Below are positions 12,571 to 23,890 of a DNA stretch of 64,000 bases, piece after piece. Position 1 is the first letter of the stretch; the number at the start of each line of letters is the position of its first letter. The notes beneath the pieces are model-generated. The model did no database searches. It was not told where the DNA came from and was given only the letters and a program-made list of their open reading frames with translations. The stretch is taken from assembly GCF_006345805.1 (NCBI RefSeq), contig NC_042997.1, positions 58,528,001-58,592,000 of the forward strand. Reading direction: 5' to 3'. Origin of the DNA: Octopus sinensis. Taxonomy: Eukaryota. A program made the position numbers and the translations under genes.

Positions 12571-13574
12571 ATTCTGGATATTGAAATGATGTTGACGGTT
12601 AAAGCAAAATATGAATGAATGTATTTCAGAAACAATGACTAAGCGTGACTTCTAGGCTTCAAGAAGGCATTTTAACAAAAACTTGTAAGTCAGACTCTTT
12701 GTAGTTCTTTTGTTGTAATCACACAGGAAATATGCGAGCCAAAATGGAGAACATTTTGTCGCTCAATATGCTAGAAATAGCAGCCAAATCTCTCTCAACC
12801 ACACTTTACAGTCTTCGACTCATATTTCTGTGCTTTTTCATACTATAAGTCGATGTAATCGACTTAATCCCTTTGTCTGTCCTTGTTTGTCCCCCCTATG
12901 TTTAGCCCCTTGTGGGCAATAAAGAAATATATATATATATTTATATTTATATACATATGTATATATGGCGATGGGTTTTGTGCATATCTGTGTGTGTGTG
13001 TGTGAAATAAAAATGGAGGCACAGAACAGTGACAAAGGAGTTCACCGGATAAGAGAAAAATCACACAACGGACGCAAAAATTGTCGATTAAATATCATAA
13101 TATTGAACACAGTTACACAGATGCGCGCGCGCACACACACACGCACGTACACACACACACACACACACACACATACACACATATCCGCACGTGCATATCC
13201 ATTTTATCTAACGAAGTGTTATCTAAGCCGGACTTGACACCTAAAAAAAGCAGTTCCACTAACTTTAATTGAACCATGCATATCTTCATTGCCAAGGAAT
13301 ATGTTCATGTATGTACCTGATGCATTATTACGAATTACAATAAATCATTTGATCTTTTTTTTTGCTCAGAAATTTTAATTAACGAACATGCAACCCCACT
13401 GAGTTCAGTAGGCGGAGGAACGTCTATGTAAAGGCCATGCAATTCCCAGAGGCACTGGTGGAGTAAGTGAAATAGATATGAAACAAACTGGAATCGTGGA
13501 TTTATTTAAGCTTAATGTACTACGAGCTCTTCACACTCACTGACACAGACACACACACACACACATGTACGTAC

Positions 13575-13960
13575 GCTGACATGCGCATATACTATGTCGA
13601 ACAAAGAAACACGTGCACATACACAAAAAGAATAAGTGCAGTCATAAAAGTCTATTGCCCTGCAGATGTGAACATTTGTTCCGAAATCAATAAAAAAATA
13701 AAAGTAAAATGAAAATATTTATGGACAACTGCTTTGAAAATGTACAGCAGCTATGTCTTGATTATATATTCACATTTATACCAATAATCATTGGTGCACT
13801 TGGTTGTGTTAGCAAATGTCTAACAATCTGGAAAAAGACAAGCATTTGCATGAAAAAAAAAACGACCAGCTCACATCTAACTAAGCAAAAAGGAAAAAAG
13901 AAACAACCAAACAGGTATAGAGTGAATATATGTAAAACATTCCAGATATTTTTCGATAAT
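13575..13960 (+). mobile_element. R4/Dong 3' fragment (REL endonuclease region)
   Basis: VIKVYCPADVNIC and DYIFTFIPIIIGALGCVSKCL...NICKTF; same subfamily as the 3770-3950 end. Confidence 0.6.
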
Positions 13961-14070
13961 GAACATATTCACAACAATCAGTGATGCACATATTTAGTAA
14001 CCAAAAACGCACTTCTCAGACTTGTACTCGTTGCATGATTGCAAATATACATCTACATGTCATCTACACG

Positions 14071-14535
14071 CAGGGCGTTTAGGTAAAATTTAACAGTTTC
14101 CACAAAAGACAAAGAAAATACAGTATCCAATCCAAAAATAAGAATAATTAAAAATCTCAAAAAATATCAACTTGGTTATGGCTGGAAGATAACAGTTTAT
14201 TCAAACTGGCTGCCCTCAGCTTCCACCACAGACTCAAGACGGCTCCGAAACCTGGCGCATTCATTCCTCAGTGTTCCTGGTAAGAACTTCCAACGCCCTC
14301 TTGGTCTTAGCAACCGGATCGGCCTAGATGTTGTAAGCAGAGCCGTTGGTGTCTTTCTCATTCGCGTCCCACACATAATAATATATAGGGTTATAATCGG
14401 GCGAATTAGGAAGCCAGAAATTTTGATGGCACAGAGCTGGATCCTGCTGACACAGATTCGGTCTTCCAGCAGCAACCATCTCCAGCCAAGTTTTTACTAC
14501 AGTCTCCAGTAACTTCATATAGACGTCTGAAATGT
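14071..14535 (-). mobile_element. Tc1/mariner (maT/DD37D-like) 3' fragment with terminal inverted repeat
   Basis: WLPNSPDYNPIYYYVWDANEKDTN and CARFRSRLESVVEAEG. Terminus cagggcgtttaggtaaaatttaacag resembles the reverse complement of the end at 57375-57400. Confidence 0.75.
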
Positions 14536-14852
14536 GTCTAAGACTTGTTCAAGAATGTATTTTTGAACTCCGGCCCTGTTCAATGAAATGGTGAACTCTG
14601 GCATGCGAAGTTTCTAAATAGATTTCAAAGAATTGTATTACAATGTTGTTGTTTAGGCTGGGTCAGCATAGACTGAGTATACCCAAGACCAAACACATTC
14701 ACGACAATCATATCTTTTTAGTGGCATTCAGGATTGCATTATTTAACTTGTTCTTTCCAGTCTTAAGACACCATAGTGTGGTTTGAGAGATATGATCACA
14801 TTTTTTAACTATAGGCACACCGCGTATATATAAACATTTATACATACGTACA

Positions 14853-15745
14853 TACGTGGTATGATCAATAAGTCTCTGGACTGTTACCATAGTAACGAAG
14901 GTAAAGTATGCAGAGTAAAGCCACTTGACACAGATTGATCCTAAACTCTGCTGTACTTACGCACTAAGTGTTAACGTTCTAGTTCACTTCCGATGTTTAC
15001 AGCAGTACTTGGAAGTGACTTGTGCAGCGCGTGTTCGTCGCATTGACCATGACACAGAAAGATGAGCAGGGAATCTGCATCAAATTTTGCCAAGAGTTTG
15101 GCGATACCTGCTCAGAGACCTAAGCAACGTTTTCAAAAAGTTTTCATCGTTCTCGATACAATTAAAGATATCTTCTGCAACTGAACCCGAGTGTCTTCTT
15201 GGTCAGCTGAAAGCAGTTTCGACACAAGCTTGGCAGACACGCGTCTCATACCCAAATCTTCAGTGATAATGAACTGAACCGTAACTAATTTGCACATCCT
15301 CTGATAACTCAGGAATGGTGATTCAACGATTTCCCATCACAGCTGCACGCACATCTGCAATGTTTTTCTCAGTTCTGCTGGTTGCGGCTCTCCCAGATCG
15401 TTCGTCAAAATCGATTTTTTTTCAGCCATTTTGGAAACATCTGAATCACTTATTCACTTGTGTGCGGTTCCTACACTTCTATTCATACACTTTCTGCAAC
15501 TTTGCGTAGGCCTCTGAGCAGGTATCTGCATGACTGCTTTCTCTGTCATGGTCAATTCCACGATCACACGCTACATACCTTCCTTCCAAGCGCTGTTGTA
15601 AACAGCAGAAGTGAGCTAGTACGTTAAAACTTAGTGCGCATGCACATCAGCATTCAAGGTCAATCTTTGCCAAGCGGCTTCACTCGGCGTGCTTTTGTTC
15701 ATTACTATGGCAACAGTTCGGATACTTACTTGATCAGACCTCGTA
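14853..15745. mobile_element. Foldback mariner relic made of two inward-facing 5' ends
   Basis: Left end tacgtggtatgatcaataagt..., right end reverse complement tacgaggtctgatcaagtaagt.... Both arms continue to ttgaccATGACAxAGAAAG. The right arm encodes frameshifted ...TEDLGMRRVSAKLVSKLLSADQ on the minus strand. Confidence 0.7.
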
Positions 15746-16239
15746 CATACATGTTCAACCGTTGAACTCTGCCCATTTTCTTTTGTTTCTCCATTTTTCA
15801 TTTTCAACCCCATCTTCTCTTCACCTGACTCCCCTCCTCACCTCTTTTCATCTGACACCTACTTCCTCTCTTCTCTCCTACCCACCTTCTCTCTTCATTG
15901 ATATCCCCTCCACCCATATCCACATACCCCACCCCTATCCCTACACCTCCACCCCACTTCTACATATCCCACCCCTAACCCCACACCTCACCTACACCAC
16001 ACACCACTATAGTACCACTCTACATTACACCACCCCACACACTAGCACTGACCACTTCCCAACACCACACCATACACCATCATCCACACACCCACATACC
16101 ATCATCCACACACCCACACATTACAGACGAACACACCCTCACATGCACACATCTATACACGTCGAAGGTACTAGCCCTTATTCACACACTCACGCACACA
16201 CATTCTCATATACACATACGCACGCGCACCTTCATTTTG

Positions 16240-16503
16240 GGATCGCCAATATTTTATTATCTCCCCTTCTTTCTACCTCTACTGTCAAACCTTTTTTCCC
16301 AACCAGTTGCCATGCTAAATCCACAAGTTTTTTTTATTCTTTCTCAATTTATTTTCTCTTATTCTGTTGAAGAGCGTAAGTTCGTAACGTAAAAGACTTT
16401 CTTATTTTCCCGAGCGTCAAATTCATACACCTGCTTGCTGTTCATACACCTGCTTGCTGTTCATACACCTGTCTTCGTCTTTTGTTTTTCTGTAAATGTC
16501 AAC
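16240..16503 (+). mobile_element. PLE-like terminal (pLTR) fragment with decayed minimal hammerhead, ending at (TA)n
   Basis: CTGTTGA-a-gagc-gtaa-gttc-GTAAC-GTA at 16364-16391 (two core substitutions), then ttttcccgagcgtcaaa, a 19-bp tandem repeat, and (TA)n from 16504. Same layout as 30441-30715. Confidence 0.5.
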
Positions 16504-16508
16504 TATAT

Positions 16509-16583
<75 letters not shown>

Positions 16584-16584
16584 G

Positions 16585-16672
<88 letters not shown>

Positions 16673-16682
16673 ATATATCTAT
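16504..16682. repeat. (TA)n microsatellite
   Basis: Visible directly. Confidence 0.95.
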
Positions 16683-16864
16683 ATAATGGCCTTTTATATA
16701 CTTCTTTATTTTTCAAAATTATGATAAACAAAGCTGGGTTTTTTTTATTTAAATATATACTCCCCTTCATTTTCTACAATGCTCTTCCATCTACCTGCTA
16801 GACTTGCAAGGCTCCTCTTCCAAAATTCACTTGTCTGTGACGAAACATACTCCTCCTGTTCTGA

Positions 16865-17458
16865 CCTCGTCTACAGAATTCATATTTTTTACGTCCAAAT
16901 GAGTTTGAAGACTGCGGAATAAATGATAATCAGATGGGGCAATGTCCGGCAAATATGGTGGGTGGGGAATCGTTTTCTATTGAAACTGCTCCAGCCTTTG
17001 GAATGTCATCCTCACTGTATGGCCGAGCATTATTTTAATAGAACACATTTCGTCTTGAAATCAAAGATAGTCGTTTTTCTTCTAGCGCCGACTTAAGTTG
17101 CTCAAGTTGCTCGCAGTAGATCTCCTTTGTTATCGTTTAGTTTGGGTTTAAAAGTTCAAAGAGGGCTAAACCTTTCATATCCGCCTAAACAGATAACAAA
17201 ACCATACGTGGGTGAAGCCTTTATTAAACTCATAAAGCAAAATATGCCGAATATACTCCTTTATCACTTCCATTATAGCTTTGAAAAAATAACTGTTAAA
17301 ATCGAACTGCACTCTTTAAAACTTGCGCTAAGAATAAGGACAAGGTAAAATTACTACTTGCTTTTATAGCAAGTTGATGCAGGTAGTTTATCCCGCCTCC
17401 ACTCCGACTTTTAGTTCATGCAACTGAAAAACCGCATTATTTATGGGATGACCCAATA
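16865..17458 (-). mobile_element. Internally deleted mariner element
   Basis: TIR tattgggtcatcccataaata at 17438-17458. ATG at 17273 gives MEVIKEYIRHILLYEFNKG; after a deletion, YCEQLEQLKSALEEKRLSLISRRNVFY*NNARP (~17115-17015). Confidence 0.75.
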
Positions 17459-17601
17459 TATATATATGTATATACACACATATATATAATATATATATGT
17501 ATATATACACACATATATATATAATATATATATGTATATATATATATATATATTATATATATATATATATATATGTGTGTATATATATGTGTATATATAT
17601 A

Positions 17602-17649
<48 letters not shown>

Positions 17650-17830
17650 ATATGTATATATATATATATGTGTGTATATGTATATATATATGTATATGTA
17701 TATATATATAAAATATGTATACACACACACATATATATACATACATATATATATATATATATATGTGTGTGTATGTATGCACACACACACATACACACAC
17801 ACACACACACACACATACACACACACACAC
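17459..17830. repeat. Compound (TA)/(TG)/(CA) microsatellite
   Basis: Visible directly; explains six overlapping pseudo-ORFs. Confidence 0.95.
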
Positions 17831-18494
17831 ATAGTGTAAATATAAACATTTCGAAAACAAATATTTTCCGTGTAATGATTAAAGAAATAACACATCTTAC
17901 AAGTTAGACCTAATTATTTTAATTAACTTCAACTCGATAATCATTCGTGTTAACATCCAAGCAAATATTCCGATGAGAATTAATGGAAATAGTAACTGCT
18001 GCAGTACTGAACGGCATTTAGAACTTAAGTCGCCAGACATTTTGTCACCGCAATTTTCAGTGGATTGTTTTAATATTGTGTATAATCTGTTTTTCTTTCT
18101 AAAATATGATTTAATTGTTGGAAAATTAAGCTTTTTTTTGCATTAAATTTATTTTCATTGAAATTCTGAAGAAAGCTATACTCATAAAATGCTGGACAAT
18201 CTCCCGCAGCTAGTAATAGTAATAAATGTGAACTAACAGGACGAGCAACAACTAATTTTAAACATTTCTTCGTGATCCAGATGGCTGTTTAGAGATTTAA
18301 ATGGAAGCTTGCTGTTTGAACAGTAATGAGATTATTCAAACTTTATAAATCCTTTATACGCTGAAGCAAACAAACGAAGGTAAAACGGAATTGTCAGCTT
18401 AACATAATATCATTAGTGTTAGAAAAAGAAGACTACTTCCGTTAGATCAAAATACTTTTATATTATTATCATTATATTATTAATATTATCATTC

Positions 18495-19190
18495 AGTAAT
18501 ATTTATTTTTATCACGTGCTTTCACTGCACTACCGAACACAGCTCTGTGTGCCTTGGGGATGTCCTGTGGTTTGTTGTGATGCTCTTATTGTTACTGTAT
18601 TGAAAGTGTTTTACGTAGAATGTGTGCAGTGCCTAGTAGTGCTATTTTCTGTATGTTATATATATTTGTTAGCCCTGGTGTTTTTGTTATGTATTTGTCT
18701 GAATATTTTTTTATTATACCTATTATGATAGGAATTGTTTCTGTTTTTAGGCTCCACATTCGAGTTACCTCTATTTCCAGGTCTTTGTATTTTGAAAGCT
18801 TCCCCATTTCTTTTAGAGAAACGTTATCTGTTGGTATTGGTACATCGATTAGAAAGCATTTTTTTCTTGATGGTCTCTCACAACTATATCTGGCCTTTTG
18901 ACTTTAATATCTGTGTGTATTGGCATATCCCATAGTATGGTTGCGTTCTTATTTTTTGTGACCTTTTCTAGCGTGTGCCTATACCATTTTTTCCTGTTGT
19001 TATTCCGTAGTGTTAGCATAGCTTCCAGTGTATATAGGTCCCAACTCGTGTCTGTGAATATATTCCTTTTTAGCCGGGACTGGGCAGCCAGAGACAATAT
19101 GGTTTATTGTTTCTCGTCCGTCTCCACATATTCTACAGTTACTTGTTATGTTTATTTTCATTATATGTCTGGTCATTTCTGGTGTGCGAT
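18495..19190 (-). mobile_element. R4/Dong-clade LINE 3' end (CCHC knuckle plus REL endonuclease), frameshifted
   Basis: CRICGDGRETINHIVSGCP; ATILWDMPIHTD...RPDIVVRD; KLSKYKDLEIEVTRMW...QKIALLGTAHILRKTLSIQ. Ends beside degenerate (TAA)n at 18461-18495. Confidence 0.9.
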
Positions 19191-19194
19191 CATT

Positions 19195-19460
19195 TTCTTT
19201 ACTTGATATTCGTTTGCCGGGGTCCGTATGATTCTCGTCTATCCGCTCCATCTCTCTATAGGGGTCTTCTTAGACATAGAAGTAATTGTTGGTGGTCTCC
19301 CTCTTAAACGTCTACTGGGGTAGAAACTTCTAAGGTCATGTTTGTCAAGGTATTCATTGTCATATGTCAGTCTGAGCAGGAGGCCCAGTTCCTCTGTGTT
19401 GACATTGCAGAACTCCACTTCGCTCTCGTTGATCATCTCCAAGCACTTCCCCACCTCAAA
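19195..19460 (-). mobile_element. Probable PLE reverse transcriptase N-terminal fragment
   Basis: EVEFCNVNTEELGLLLRLTYD...RGRPPTIT...ERWSG*TRIIRTPANEYQVKKMI resembles the pre-RT segment of PLE ORFs by eye; unverified. Confidence 0.4.
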
Positions 19461-19790
19461 ATTTAGAAGGGCTCTAGACAAACTTATTTCGAAAAAGAGA
19501 AATTTCAGAGAAAAAAGCAAAGAGAGATTTGTAAAAGACTAAGGCAAGAAAATTGTAAACTTTCGAACAAGATCCAAGATGTGTAGAAGAAGAAAAGCTG
19601 GAGATTTCAAGAAAAGAGAAAGGGAGGGGGTAGAGAAAGGAAGGGTATAAGGATTTCAAGGAAATATAGAAAACAGACGAGTGTTGAAAGCAATCAAATT
19701 AGGTATGTGAATATTTATAACCTCCTTCTACAAACTAGTATTCTTATAAACCATCACTATAACCTGATGATCATTTAGAAGGACAATACT

Positions 19791-19969
19791 TTAACTCAAC
19801 AGCCGACTTCTTACATTAAAATTCTTATTAGTGTCCAGCTCAACTTGTCGCCTGCAGCCAGCCGTCTGTAGAAATATTTCCGAGTAAGAAGTCGGCTGTT
19901 GAGTTAATCTTTCTACAGACGGCTGGCTGCAGGCGACAAGTTGAGCTGGACACTAATAAGAATTTTAAT
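19791..19969. repeat. Crossed perfect inverted repeats A(24)-B(60)-x(9)-A'(24)-tc-B'(60)
   Basis: A 19791-19814 is the reverse complement of 19884-19907; B 19815-19874 is the reverse complement of 19910-19969; no mismatches. Confidence 0.95.
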
Positions 19970-21527
19970 TTGACACAAAATCAGTTTGATAAAAGAAAAG
20001 GTTATTATATAACTGAGTGAATTTATTGTTGTATATTACTGATACTTATTTTATCGATCTCAGAGTGGTGAAAGGCAGGTTAGAACGCGTGATATTTAGA
20101 ATTATGTTCTAAAAAGAAAACAAGATATTTTGTAGTGACTTTAGTGAAGATAACAGTGCTGCTCCCGTGGCATTCAAAAGAGACTGTTGAGATTTATGTT
20201 AGTAACGTTCTCTTTGAAAATTTATAAGCTGAATGCTGCAAGAAGAAATAGAAAAAATTGTGCATGGAAGGCACTACAGGAGCAGACGTTCTAGGGTTAG
20301 ATACAATATGGGTGATGGGAAGGAAGATGACTGAGATGAGTGTATCGTTAAATCCGACACTAAATGACACCGAAAAATAAAGTCAGTGAGGAAAACGAGA
20401 ATTAAGAAAAGATTGCTTGCTGATCTCCGATATTTTATTGCTTATAAAATGCATGAATCAGCTTCAGAACTAAAAAATTTACGTTAGATGAATTAGGACA
20501 CCATAAAAAAATTACTTTTATGTGCTTTTGTCTTTAAAATAGTCATGAATTAAATATTAAATGGATTAACAGAGCAGCACAGAGAGATTAAAAAACAAAA
20601 ACAAAACAAAACAAAACAAAACACTCTTACAGCCAGAGAGTAATATTGTGTCGTATAATCACTTTTAACTACTCGAACTTATTTTTTCTTTCATTAAGTA
20701 AATCTACAAAAAGGCAGGAAAAAAGTTTTAATAAAAAATTCATGCACCAACTGTGACGAATAGCAGAAAATTGCCTTTAGACGAAATTTTAATATCCGAA
20801 AGCTGCATCAGACAGAATGCATCTGGCTTGTGCTACACAGAGCACATGGCAAACATTTAATTCTCGCTAGACACTTCTTTGTGCAAATATGTACTATGAA
20901 GTGATGGAGTTAAACACTTTGAAGTGTACTGAAAGTGGTTGTCCGTTGCTTTATTATGAGGAGACTCCAGAAACAGTGCATAGAGATAAAGTATCCAGTG
21001 ATACTGCGATGACGTTAAGTTTTTGGGACTCATAGTATTGGAAAATTAGTTTTTCCTATATCTCGGGAATAAATTGGGAACCGACGCCATCTAAAAAAGA
21101 TAAAAATCAATTGGAAAGAGATATTGACATTCAATTTAATTCATATTTTTCCCCACCAGATGTCTCTCCTACCAAGCTTTCCGAATGTGTAGAATCGATT
21201 TATGAACTAAAAGGCAACTGAGATGCAGAATAAAATAACATATATTAAAAAAAAATGTATACATATATATATATATATATATTATTTAACACACTCACCG
21301 GCTCATTCATATGAATGTAAGCAGATAGAATTACATATAAATAGGTACATAGGCAATATGAACACACAAGCATACATACACACACACATACACATGCAAA
21401 CACACACATGCAAGCACACACATATGCAAACACACAGACACACATGAAAACACACGAACACATGAATATGAAAAATACATACATACAAAACGTACACACA
21501 CACACCACACACACACACACATAATAT

Positions 21528-21604
<77 letters not shown>

Positions 21605-21989
21605 TATATATATACATACATGCATGCATACATACATATTTTCATACTTACATGTGTGTGCGCACGCACACTACCCCACATACATGCGCACAAACAAAAA
21701 GAATGTAGTTCGGTGAACGGACTGAGTCATAGACTATTGAAAAGTTTGCAAGACGCAACGAAAATTTCAGAAAAAAATAAAGAAATGGGTGAAAATTGAA
21801 CCGGTGAATGTTGAATAATAAGGCACAAAAAGAGACTGACCTCCCCAGACAAAACAAAATATGCTTCAGCACAGCACAGGAACTCACATAAAGAATCTTG
21901 CAAGCCAAATCCCAAAACGAAATATGTATATACACACACACCACACACACACATATATATATATATATATGATCACGTGACCGACCAGA

Positions 21990-22156
21990 CCATCAGATGT
22001 TATTCTTTGTAAACCTAGTACTTATTCTATCGGTCTCTTTTGCCGAACCATTAAGTTTACGGGGACGTAAACACACCAGCATCGGTTGTCAAGCGATTTT
22101 ATGGGGAAAAACACAGACACACAAACATATACACACAATTACACACACACACACAC

Positions 22157-22225
<69 letters not shown>

Positions 22226-22355
22226 GCATATATATGACTGGCTCCTTTCAGTTTAAGCCTACTAAATCCACTCACAAGGCTTTGGTCGGCCCGAGGCTAT
22301 AGTAGAAGACACTTGCCCAAGGTGTCACGCAGTGAGACTGAACCCGGAACCATGT
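21990..22355 (-). mobile_element. SINE family C, truncated
   Basis: ttattctttgtaaacctagtactt...aaatccactcacaaggctttggtcggcccgaggctatagtagaagacacttgcccaagg. Confidence 0.85.
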
Positions 22356-23075
22356 GCTTTTCATACGATTCTATCGATTCACTTATCAGATAACGAAACG
22401 ATACTAAATGTTTATTTTTACGAAGTGGAAGTCTTTGTAAATGCAGACAGATCCTTTCAGAGATTCTTTAAAGAATCTCTAAATATTTCAGCATCGTTTC
22501 TTTTTTATTTTATTACTGTAAAAATAGTTCTGCAAAATTATCCATTAGGTTTTTTTGTTGATATAATGTTTCATACCATCAACAATGACAATAAAGATAG
22601 TAAAGTAGGCTACCGTAGATGAGTGTAAAGCTTTTATTTATTTAGATGCAAAACAGGTGAATTCTATTCGACTGAGAAATCGTAATAGTGAATGGGACAT
22701 ATAAAGTACACTTTACCTAATCATTAAGAATGACTGTCCTTCAGGGTATCGCTGGTGTTAGTTATACTTTTAGAGAGTGAACTAAACATACAGAAAATAA
22801 AAATAGCAACAATGCAGAATTTAGCTATTCATAAAACTGGAAGAATATGGCGAATGCAGTTAAAGAAAGTGCCGTGACTAATAAAATTTAGTGCTAACTG
22901 TTAATGCCACGAAACACACATAAGAGCAGTTGTTGTTTATTTTCCTTAACCCTATTCGGGCAGATTTATGATCATAAGTATTCCAGCCATAACCATCCCG
23001 TCTTTTTGCTGTGTACCAGGAACTCATAGCTACATTATCCAGTGGTTCCAACACTTAAGGGTTTGATTCAGAGAG

Positions 23076-23751
23076 AAATTTCACTGCCATTTTGTTTTGT
23101 AGATCAAGCTAGCACGTAGAGGTTCGCTTTGGCTAATGATATTATAGTTGGACTAGTGAGGAGTTGTTTATTTTTATTATCTATTTGATAAAGACAAACG
23201 ATAGAAATCCAGAGCATTTTTATATGTAGATTAGGTTGTCCGGAAAGTTCTGAGCGTTTTTTTAATATGTAAAAAGGGATATAAATAATTGACATTTCAA
23301 TAAATTTTATTTAATGAAATAATTTCCATTACTGTTAATGACCTTTGCCCATCATAAATATTCCTTCAGCATAAAATTTGACTGGTTTTGAAGAAAAAAG
23401 ATTATCTAGTTGCAAATTTCACTGCCATTTTGTTTTGTAGATCAAGCTAGCACGTAGAGGTTCGCTTTGGCTAATGATATTATAGTTGGACTAGTGAGGA
23501 GTTGTTTATTTTTATTATCTATTTGATAAAGACAAACGATAGAAATCCAGAGCATTTTTATATGTAGATTAGGTTGTCCGGAAAGTTCTGAGCGTTTTTT
23601 TAATATGTAAAAAGGGATATAAATAATTGACATTTCAATAAATTTTATTTAATGAAATAATTTCCATTACTGTTAATGACCTTTGCCCATCATAAATATT
23701 CCTTCAGCATAAAATTTGACTGGTTTTGAAGAAAAAAGATTATCTAGTTGC
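23076..23751. repeat. Exact 338-bp tandem duplication (23076-23413 / 23414-23751)
   Basis: Copies appear identical base by base; identical ORFs at 23104 and 23442 are offset by 338. Confidence 0.95.
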
Positions 23752-23890
23752 AATTGGACTCCGTCTAAATCGTTATTTTTTTTCCTTGCAATGAGTTCTG
23801 TAGAGACAAAAGCAATTGGTAGTTGGATGATGTAAAATCAGGAGAATATGGTAGATGGGGTAAGAGATCCCAGCCAAAAATAAATCCAAA
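23232..23890 (-). mobile_element. Mariner 3' fragment whose terminal TIR is caught in the 338-bp duplication
   Basis: FGWDLLPHLPYSPDFTSSNYQLLLSLQNSLQGKK (mariner HPPYSPDL region). TIR taggttgtccggaaagttc at 23232 and 23570. Confidence 0.75.

Noticed and set aside
15762-16370. 202-aa His/Thr/Pro-rich ORF
   Set aside because: The frame is open only because the tract lacks G and is poor in TA, so stop codons are rare; low-complexity DNA.
17127-17348. Plus-strand ORF (…KPYVGEAFIKLIKQNMPN…) resembling a PLE linker
   Set aside because: The opposite strand is a clear mariner N-terminus (MEVIKEYIRHILLYEFNKG) with its TIR.
19755-19790. CTGATGA upstream of the crossed inverted repeat
   Set aside because: No helix II or helix I partner, even in the reconstructed ancestral sequence.
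20870-21221. ~117 codons in one plus frame with a single stop (TLLCANMYYEVMEL...; YWKISFSY...)
   Set aside because: No recognisable motif, and runs of this length with one stop are expected many times by chance in six frames of 64 kb.
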